Shown here: positions 47,800 through 54,442 of the stretch, in pieces
Position numbering within the stretch: position 1 is the stretch's first letter
Layout: every line of letters starts with the position of its first letter
Origin: a virus
Taxonomy: Duplodnaviria; Heunggongvirae; Uroviricota; Caudoviricetes
IMG/VR virus record: IMGVR_UViG_3300013005_000022
Location: 1-54,442 of that record
Direction: 5' to 3' (one strand)
DNA: 54,442 bases
Translations under genes and position numbers: made by a program
Notes under the pieces: generated by a model
The model's input: the letters and a program-made list of their open reading frames with translations, nothing else
Database searches by the model: none
Told to the model about the DNA's origin: nothing

Positions 47800-50277
47800 A
47801 TGATGACTAAAAATCTAGAAAATCTTATTAGAGAAGAGTATCTAAGTGCTCTGTATGAACAACAAATAATAGAGAATTTATCAAATACTGAAATCGATAC
47901 ATTATTCAATGAATTTATTTCTGAAGTATCTGAACAATTCGATTTTGAAATTCCTGAAGAATCAACTATCGAGGAGATTTTAGAATCTTTCGAAGATTGG
48001 GATCTTACGGAAAATGAATCATACACAAAACTAATAGAGGCTATTGGTAAACGTCCGAGTGCTACAAAAAGAAAGCCGACAAAACCAAAAAGACCTATGG
48101 CGAATAAGCCAAAACCTAATCAGAATAAACCTAAGCCAAAACCTAAGGCTAAACCTGAACCTAAGGCTAAACCTGAACCTAAAAAAATGGATGTTAAACC
48201 TAAAGGGGAAAAGCCAGAAGGTAAAAAACCTGAAGGTCCTACTAAGGCTGAAAAGGAAGAAAAGATATCAGCCGAGAAGCAAAAGATTAAAGATCAAATT
48301 GATTCTCTTAATACTCAAAAGGATTCTCTTCAAGGAAAAGATGATAACAAATCTCGTGAATTAGAAACGAAGATTAAATCTCTAGATGCAGAAAAAACTA
48401 AATTAACTGCAGTACAAAAGAAAGAATCCGGAGATGAAAAGGCTGGTGATTATGCCAAATTATCCTCTCTCAAAAAAGCAGAAGCTGATGCATATGCTGC
48501 ATGGACTAAAGTTAAGAACGAAACATCGGAATCTGTAACTGAAGCAGAAGATGAAGAAGTTGAAGCTAGTACCAAAGAAGCTAAAATTAAATTCTTAAAT
48601 GCTCGTATTGCAACTCTTAAACAACAAGAGGCAATGGCCGATTCCCCTGAAGGAAAAACTAAACAGAAAGAAGCCGTTGCTAATGCAGAAAAAGAACTTG
48701 TCGCTTTAGGTGCTGAATCTACTGACGGTGAATCTACCGAAGAGAAAGAGAAATCTCTTAAAGATGTTAAGAAGGAAAATGCAGAACTTAATAAACAACT
48801 TAATACTGCAAAAACCGAAAAACTTAAAGCTGATAATAAAGTAAAAGAGATCAAAGATCAAATTGCTAATGAACAAGATCCGGCTAAGAAAACCGAACTT
48901 AATAAACAACTTAATGCTGCTTCAGAAGAGGCATCGATAAAAGGTAATGAAGTATCTGAACTTCAACCAAAGGTTGATGATTCTGATGAAGAATTAGAAG
49001 CCGCAAAAGAAAAAAGCGGTGGATCTGATAAAGATAAGAAAGAGAAGATATCTGCTGCCGAAAAGAAGATTGAAGATATTAATTCTAAACTAGAATCAGA
49101 AGAAGATCCGGAAAAAAGAGATATTCTTAAACAAAAACGAAAAGAAGCAAAGGCAGAACTTGCTAAACTCACTGGTAAAGAAGCAGAAGAAGATACTGAT
49201 TCTGAATCTGATAGAATGCAAGATGAATTAGTCAATAAGAAAAAAATTGAGGCAATTCAAACTAAAGTTGATGAACTTAACGATCAATTAGCTGCAGAAA
49301 AAGATCCAGCTAAAAGAAAGTTAATTAAAGATAAAATCAAAAAAGAGAAAGCCGAAATATCTAAACTTAAAGGCGAAGAACCCACTGAAGAAGAACCTAG
49401 TGATGATGAAAAGGCTGCTGATACTGAAGCGGAAAATGCAGATAAAATTGCAAAACTTGAAGCTGAACTTGAAAAACTAGAATCCGATGCCGATTCTAAA
49501 GTGTCCGCTCATGAAGAAGCAGTACAGGCTCAAATGAAAAAAACCAACGATATAGTTGGTTGGAATTTAATGCTTAAGAGACTTGCTACTCGTATGAGAA
49601 TGGAAAATATGGTTGAGTATAACAACGCTAAAATTCAACTTGCTTCTCCTGATCTAAAAGACAAATTAGAAGAAAAAGATAAAGAACTTGAAAAACTAGT
49701 TTCTCAAGCAGATGAAGATCTTAAAAAGGCAGAAGATGAAAATAATAAAGAGCACGCTAAAGATCCAGAAGTTAAAGATGCTCAAGCAGTTGCTGATACC
49801 GAAGAAGCTGAAGGAGATACTCAAAAACCGAGCGGATCTTCTAAATCTAGTGAAGATGACGTTGAAGCTAAATTTGCTGCACAGAAAAAAGCTAGAGAAG
49901 ATGCCGAAAAGGCTGCTCAAACTAAAGGAAGAAATGCCGATATTGAAGCTAAAGGAAATACTCCACAAGAAAAGGCCAAAGATTACTCTATTAAAAAATT
50001 AGAAACTAAAATATCTGCTATTTCAACTGCATGGCAAAAAATGCAAGATGATGCTAGTAAAGCTAAAGGTAAAGATAAAGAAAAATTAGATATGAAAGCT
50101 TCGGCAATCGAGAAAAATCTTAATCTTGCTAAGGAAGAGTTAACCAAATTAAAAAGTGGATCTTCTACACCAAATGAATCATTTGAAGATTTTGAATCTG
50201 GTGTTTGGGCAATCGACTTTATCCTAGAAAGAGTTGAAAACCAAATGAATGAATATCAATTCTTAATTAGCGAATAA
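47800..50277 (+). CDS. Very K/E-rich coiled-coil protein with Pro-Lys linker and internal repeats
   Basis: 825 aa. KPKPKPKAKPEPKAKPEP and three E.DP.K helical-hairpin repeats. Confidence 0.7.
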   Translation: MMTKNLENLIREEYLSALYEQQIIENLSNTEIDTLFNEFISEVSEQFDFEIPEESTIEEILESFEDWDLTENESYTKLIEAIGKRPSATKRKPTKPKRPMANKPKPNQNKPKPKPKAKPEPKAKPEPKKMDVKPKGEKPEGKKPEGPTKAEKEEKISAEKQKIKDQIDSLNTQKDSLQGKDDNKSRELETKIKSLDAEKTKLTAVQKKESGDEKAGDYAKLSSLKKAEADAYAAWTKVKNETSESVTEAEDEEVEASTKEAKIKFLNARIATLKQQEAMADSPEGKTKQKEAVANAEKELVALGAESTDGESTEEKEKSLKDVKKENAELNKQLNTAKTEKLKADNKVKEIKDQIANEQDPAKKTELNKQLNAASEEASIKGNEVSELQPKVDDSDEELEAAKEKSGGSDKDKKEKISAAEKKIEDINSKLESEEDPEKRDILKQKRKEAKAELAKLTGKEAEEDTDSESDRMQDELVNKKKIEAIQTKVDELNDQLAAEKDPAKRKLIKDKIKKEKAEISKLKGEEPTEEEPSDDEKAADTEAENADKIAKLEAELEKLESDADSKVSAHEEAVQAQMKKTNDIVGWNLMLKRLATRMRMENMVEYNNAKIQLASPDLKDKLEEKDKELEKLVSQADEDLKKAEDENNKEHAKDPEVKDAQAVADTEEAEGDTQKPSGSSKSSEDDVEAKFAAQKKAREDAEKAAQTKGRNADIEAKGNTPQEKAKDYSIKKLETKISAISTAWQKMQDDASKAKGKDKEKLDMKASAIEKNLNLAKEELTKLKSGSSTPNESFEDFESGVWAIDFILERVENQMNEYQFLISE
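48142..48180 (+). repeat. 18-bp in-frame tandem repeat (PKAKPE x2)
   Basis: CCTAAGGCTAAACCTGAA twice, plus CCT. Confidence 0.9.
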
Positions 50278-50765
50278 TGGAAATCATTAGACAAAATCTA
50301 GGAAAACGTCCAACCAAGTTCGGTATAGTTCTAGATCGACTTAAACCTAGATATCAAAGAATATTAAAGAAGAATCCTATCATTCGTAATTACTCAACGG
50401 ATGATAGGATCCTTAAATGTATCTTCAAAATAGAAGATAGATTAATACAAGTATCTCATCTCAAAAGAGTTTTTATTGAACCTAAAAGCAGAGAAATATC
50501 CACTTTTAAAATCATCAGAGAATCATATCATCAATTCGATTGGAATTGTACTTTTTGCAATAAACCAATCAAATCTCGAATAGATAATTATGAACCAGGA
50601 AACTTTACTTGCACGAAATGCGAGAATACATATATTAAAGGAACTCGAAAAATTCCTAGACGAATAATCGAGGAATCTTTAAGATTCACAGAACATGTGA
50701 AAACTTTAATGAAGACTGATCAAAAGAAAATTATAAAATATATCAAGAAAAATGATGAATCTTAA
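50277..50765 (+). CDS. Basic zinc-finger hypothetical protein
   Basis: CTFC and CTKC pairs. Confidence 0.65.
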   Translation: MEIIRQNLGKRPTKFGIVLDRLKPRYQRILKKNPIIRNYSTDDRILKCIFKIEDRLIQVSHLKRVFIEPKSREISTFKIIRESYHQFDWNCTFCNKPIKSRIDNYEPGNFTCTKCENTYIKGTRKIPRRIIEESLRFTEHVKTLMKTDQKKIIKYIKKNDES

Positions 50766-52257
50766 GTACTTCAGTGATTTTGTTAATGAAGCAAAAACTA
50801 CTGACGCAAAAACTGTTAAAAATCCGAGAGTTAAACTAGTACTACTAACGAATGCTAGTAAAGAATCTCATACCGTTCCTTCGTTCGAAGCAGAATGTAA
50901 AAAAATGGGTGTTGAATTCATCGTTATTGATATCAGTACAGCAATGATTGCTGATGGTAAAGACGGTAACTTCTTCATCAGTGATAAAGAAAATCCAAAA
51001 GGCCTTAAGATCAATGCAGATAATACTGCAGTTTTAACTCGTCGTGGAGTTGTTAGAAATACTTATACAAAATCACTAGTTGAGAAGTTAGAAGATAATA
51101 ACTTCTTTGTTGTAAATACACTTGAAGCTATTATGGCTTGTGAGAACAAATATGTTACTACAAAAATCCTTAAAGAAGCTGGACTTCCAGTTCCTAAAAC
51201 TGCTATTGTTGATGGAGAAGACTCTATTGAAAGAGCGGTTAAAGATGTTGGTGGTAAATTCCCAGTAGTTTGTAAAATCCTTTCTGGATCTCAAGGAATT
51301 GGAGTTTCTATTGTAGATTCTCTTGCCTCTCTTAAATCTGTTTTACAGACCATATGGAAAGTTGATCCCTCTGTTGAAATCTTGATTCAAGAGAAGATCG
51401 AATCTGAATACGATTTAAGAATACACGTTTTGACGAGAAAATTCAACTCGCCAACACCAGAAGACACCGATTCGGTACTTCTTGGTTACATGAGAAGAAA
51501 TCGTGTTAAAAAAGACTTCCGTACTAATTACTCTTTAGGCGGAACCGTTGAAAAAACTAAAGTAACACCAGAACAAGAGAAAATAGCTATCGAATCAGCT
51601 AAGGCTGTTGGTTGTAATTGGTGTGGAGTTGATATTATCGTAGATAAGAAAACTGGTGCTAATTACGTTCTAGAAGTTAATGCTTCTCCAGGAACTACTG
51701 GTTTGAAAAAAGCTACTGGTGTTAACGTTGTTAAAGATATCGTTCAATTCTTAATGGATAAAACCAACTGGATTCGTTCTAGAAAACGTGTTGGTTTCCG
51801 TGAAGTAATTCAGATCCCTAATCTTGGTGATGTGGTTGCTAAATTTGATACTGGTAATGGATCTCTTTCTTGTACACTTACATACGATAAAATAGATGTT
51901 AATGAAAAAGAAAAACTAGTTAAATGGACTTTAGGTAAAAGAGATTTTGAATCTAAATTTGTCGGATTCACCGAAACCGAAGTTGGTGATACTGTAGAGA
52001 AACGTCCAGTTATTGAAATGGATATTCAATTTGCTGGTAAAGTATACAAGAAAGTTCCGGTTGCATTAGATGATCGTTCTACCAAAAGTACTAAATTCCT
52101 TGTGAATCGTAAATTCATGGAGAGAATTGGTTGTTCAGTAGATCCAATGAGAACTTTCGTGGTAACTTCATTTCCTGAAGATTATCATGGTGGAGAAGCT
52201 AAAAAGGATCCACATGCAGGAATTATCTTTGAATGGGATAAAAAGAAAACTAAATAA
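50752..52257 (+). CDS. rimK: RimK-family ATP-grasp ligase fused to a retropepsin-like (RimB / PF05618-type) protease
   Basis: NKY.T...L..AGLPVPKT, K...GSQGIGV, IQE.I...YD.R, FRTNYSLGG, GVDI, LEVNASPG; then GFRE..., AKFDTGN, RPVI, DRS..., L..R.F. Confidence 0.85.
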   Translation: MMNLKYFSDFVNEAKTTDAKTVKNPRVKLVLLTNASKESHTVPSFEAECKKMGVEFIVIDISTAMIADGKDGNFFISDKENPKGLKINADNTAVLTRRGVVRNTYTKSLVEKLEDNNFFVVNTLEAIMACENKYVTTKILKEAGLPVPKTAIVDGEDSIERAVKDVGGKFPVVCKILSGSQGIGVSIVDSLASLKSVLQTIWKVDPSVEILIQEKIESEYDLRIHVLTRKFNSPTPEDTDSVLLGYMRRNRVKKDFRTNYSLGGTVEKTKVTPEQEKIAIESAKAVGCNWCGVDIIVDKKTGANYVLEVNASPGTTGLKKATGVNVVKDIVQFLMDKTNWIRSRKRVGFREVIQIPNLGDVVAKFDTGNGSLSCTLTYDKIDVNEKEKLVKWTLGKRDFESKFVGFTETEVGDTVEKRPVIEMDIQFAGKVYKKVPVALDDRSTKSTKFLVNRKFMERIGCSVDPMRTFVVTSFPEDYHGGEAKKDPHAGIIFEWDKKKTK

Positions 52258-52730
52258 TGCCTTTACCAAGTAGTGGTCCTATAGGAGTAGGTGCAATCTA
52301 TCAAGAACTTACTGGATCTGCGGTAGAAGGTCCTACACAAGTACAGAAGTGTTTTAATGGAGAATATGCAACAATTAACCCTAATAGCCCAACTCAACCG
52401 AGTGCATCCACTCCTTATTCTCTAGGATCATTTCATGGATATGATCAGAATGCTGGTGGATTAAAGTTATTCTTCAGATCACAAGATTCTCAATCGTTTC
52501 CTCAAGATTCCTGCTATACTCAATGTCTTGTACCACAATGGCATAACGGAGCAGGTACATTACCTACTATAGGCGATACTGTATATAATGATTCCAGCGG
52601 CAATCAACCTATTCCATCTAATGGAAATTATTTTGGAATGAGTGAAGTAGAAGGAAATCCAGCATATTCCGCTTTTTTAACTTTCAAACAATCTGGTAAT
52701 GTAACAGATGTTTATTTCTGTGGTTTTTAG
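52257..52730 (+). CDS. Small virion/fibre-associated protein
   Basis: MPLPSSGPI...IN..S...P....PYSLGSFHGYD N-terminus typical of phage minor structural proteins. Confidence 0.55.
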   Translation: MPLPSSGPIGVGAIYQELTGSAVEGPTQVQKCFNGEYATINPNSPTQPSASTPYSLGSFHGYDQNAGGLKLFFRSQDSQSFPQDSCYTQCLVPQWHNGAGTLPTIGDTVYNDSSGNQPIPSNGNYFGMSEVEGNPAYSAFLTFKQSGNVTDVYFCGF

Positions 52731-52752
52731 TAATAAATTTGTTAATATTTCT

Positions 52753-52780
52753 AAAGTCGAGAGCAATCTCGACTTTTTTT
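52753..52780 (+). terminator. Intrinsic terminator ending the late head operon
   Basis: AAAGTCGAGA-GCAA-TCTCGACTTT plus T run. Confidence 0.9.
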
Positions 52781-52865
52781 GTCGGAATATACAGATTAAC
52801 ATCAAAATGTTAATAACTTTTTTAAAAAAAATGACTAAAAATTTTTTTATTTACGAAAAATGTAT

Positions 52866-52873
52866 TATATTTG
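52866..52873 (+). promoter_or_regulatory. Bacteroidota-type -7 promoter element (TAnnTTTG)
   Basis: TATATTTG 24 nt upstream of the ATG at 52898, just after a terminator. Confidence 0.7.
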
Positions 52874-52897
52874 TTATAACCAATTAAATATAAACAT

Positions 52898-53092
52898 ATG
52901 AAATTAACTATCGATCTTAAATTCTTTACCTATTCAGTAATCGCATTCACAATTGCATATTCAATCATCTCAGGATTTGCGCAAAAATTCGTTAAATTTG
53001 CTGCGGTGGAAAACGAAATGGGTTGCTTTTTCTTAGCCTCTACAATGGGTGTAATTTGTTTATTTGCTTCTTTCGAACGAATTAAAAAGTAA
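52898..53092 (+). CDS. Small two-TM membrane protein, first gene of a host-RNAP transcript
   Basis: Two hydrophobic stretches. Follows a TATATTTG promoter. Confidence 0.6.
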   Translation: MKLTIDLKFFTYSVIAFTIAYSIISGFAQKFVKFAAVENEMGCFFLASTMGVICLFASFERIKK

Positions 53093-53129
53093 TTTTCAAT
53101 CATATAATTAAAACAATTCAAATCTTAGT

Positions 53130-54083
53130 ATGAAGGTATCAAATATGTTATGGACCGAGAAATATCGTCCAAAAGTTATCGAAGAACTTATTCTTCCTGA
53201 ACGAGTTTTTGCCAAAGTTCAAAATGGCGTATATCAAAATTTGCTTTTTTATGGTGGTCCAGGAAGTGGAAAAACTTCTACCGCAAAGGTGCTTTCTAAA
53301 GATCACCCAACCATGTATATCAATTGTTCATCAGAAACTGGTGTCGATGTGGTTCGTACAAAAATCACAGAATTCTGCTCAACTCTTTCAGTAATCGACG
53401 GTGAACGTAAAATGAAAGTGGTTATTCTCGATGAGTTCGATGGTGTATCGGATCAATATATGAAAGCTCTTCGTGGAACTATCGAACAATTTCATAAAAC
53501 TGCTCGTTTCATTGCAACCTGTAATTACTTCAATAAAATTCCAGATAACATTCAATCACGTTTTGAATGTATTAACTTCGACTTCTCCGACGAAGAATCT
53601 AAAGAAATCGAAAAGAAATATCTTCGTCGAGTATTTGATATCCTTAAAACCGAAGGTATGGAAATCGAAAAAGATGCTTTACTCGAGTTAGTTCGTCGTA
53701 AATTCCCAGATCTTCGTGCTACCATCTCAATTCTTCAAGGTTATCATGCTGAAGGAAGAACTAAAATTACATCTGATGATGTTAAGAAATTTCATGGTGT
53801 ATTTCGTGATCTTTATGAACACATCTTTACAACTAGTGATGAAATAAAGAATTATCAATTTTTAGTTTCTAATTACTCAAATCGAGTTGAAGATGTTATT
53901 CAAGCATTAGGAACGGATTTTATCGAATACATTCAACTTGAAAAACCTCATCTAATGCGTAAAGTTGGCGAAATCTGTTATGAAACAAATAAACATTCTT
54001 ACGAACAAAGATTTGTAATTGATCCTGTAATTACCATGCTTTCATTGGTTTATAAAATACAAGCAATCGTACGAACAAATTGA
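53130..54083 (+). CDS. gp44: Clamp loader large subunit (T4 gp44 / RFC-like)
   Basis: W.EKYRP, GGPGSGKT, ILDEFD, IQSRF, PDLR. Confidence 0.92.
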   Translation: MKVSNMLWTEKYRPKVIEELILPERVFAKVQNGVYQNLLFYGGPGSGKTSTAKVLSKDHPTMYINCSSETGVDVVRTKITEFCSTLSVIDGERKMKVVILDEFDGVSDQYMKALRGTIEQFHKTARFIATCNYFNKIPDNIQSRFECINFDFSDEESKEIEKKYLRRVFDILKTEGMEIEKDALLELVRRKFPDLRATISILQGYHAEGRTKITSDDVKKFHGVFRDLYEHIFTTSDEIKNYQFLVSNYSNRVEDVIQALGTDFIEYIQLEKPHLMRKVGEICYETNKHSYEQRFVIDPVITMLSLVYKIQAIVRTN

Positions 54084-54090
54084 TAAATAA

Positions 54091-54192
54091 ACTATAATAG
54101 TCCGGGAAGATTCTTAGAAATCTTCACTTTTAGGACCGGTATAGTTACAACTATAAAAGGCTGAGGATTCGCTACCTCAGCCTTTATTTTTT
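54091..54192 (+). ncRNA. Candidate small structured RNA (three hairpins)
   Basis: Nested stems GTCC/GGAC and GAAGATT/AATCTTC, then TATAGT/ACTATA, then the terminator. GATAAATA just upstream. Confidence 0.4.
54156..54192 (+). terminator. Intrinsic terminator downstream of clamp loader / candidate small RNA
   Basis: AAAGGCTGAGG...CCTCAGCCTTT plus T run. Confidence 0.88.
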
Positions 54193-54246
54193 GATAAATT
54201 GTTAATAACTTTTTGCAAAAAGATTTTTTTATCCAACTATTTTTAT

Positions 54247-54254
54247 TATATTTG
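54247..54254 (+). promoter_or_regulatory. Bacteroidota-type -7 promoter element (TAnnTTTG)
   Basis: TATATTTG 30 nt upstream of the ATG at 54285, just after a terminator. Same context as 52866. Confidence 0.7.
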
Positions 54255-54284
54255 TATAATCAATTTAATTAAAAATAAAAATCA

Positions 54285-54442
54285 ATGGCAACATTCTTTA
54301 TCAATCGCTTTCCTATTTGTACAATGGTTTACAAGGAAGCTGCAGAAATGCAAAATCATGAACCTCAATTTGCAAAATCACTTGCAGTCGCTAGAGCAGT
54401 ATTCTTCGCTGCTGCCAAGAAAGGGTTTACTAATAAAAATGG
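54285..54442 (+). CDS. Hypothetical early protein, truncated by window end
   Basis: ATG after A-rich leader and TATATTTG promoter. Open to the end. Confidence 0.55.
   Translation, partial: MATFFINRFPICTMVYKEAAEMQNHEPQFAKSLAVARAVFFAAAKKGFTNKN

Noticed and set aside
311-53121. All minus-strand ORFs in the track (e.g. 5596-6072, 48450-48854, 45215-45613)
   Set aside because: They lie antisense to well-supported + strand genes, show mirror-image composition (S/L/F-rich opposite K/E-rich) and have no recognisable motifs.
1-54442. tRNA, rRNA, CRISPR array, integrase or transposase
   Set aside because: I found no cloverleaf with a T-loop in intergenic space, no regularly spaced repeats, and no recombinase or transposase motifs. 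The gp4 TnsA-like fold is a head completion protein.
1-54442. Stop-codon reassignment
   Set aside because: Core genes are full length under the standard code and pack tightly, with TAA, TAG and TGA all used as stops.

Overview
An AT-rich (roughly 30% GC by eye), densely coding 54-kb segment of a large T4-like myophage. All credible genes are on the + strand. A Bacteroidota host is inferred from TAnnTTTG promoters, no Shine-Dalgarno sites before most starts, and a Bacteroidota-type domain in the tail fibre. The window holds tail/fibre genes (gp3-, gp15-like), a RuvC-like resolvase, a double glycosyltransferase, the replication/recombination core (gp32, primase, UvsY/W/X, gp41, gp46/47, clamp, clamp loader, dUTPase, NrdAB, and a PolB split into two genes 4 kb apart), a minimal gp55-like late sigma, and the head module (gp4, gp2, portal, protease-scaffold fusion, major capsid). 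Best leads: (1) about 15 proteins carry a T4 capsid-targeting-like signal (MKxxxF/Y-x-E/D-F/Y-h-N-E), suggesting a large packaged and ejected cargo. This includes a RimK ligase fused to a RimB-type protease, glycine-zipper membrane peptides, an RNA-ligase-like protein and apparent polyproteins with protease-site linkers. (2) A candidate -1 frameshift at A AAA AAC adds a 64-codon start-less domain. (3) The split polymerase. (4) A small structured RNA candidate after the clamp loader. All family assignments are by motif recognition from memory; no searches were run.
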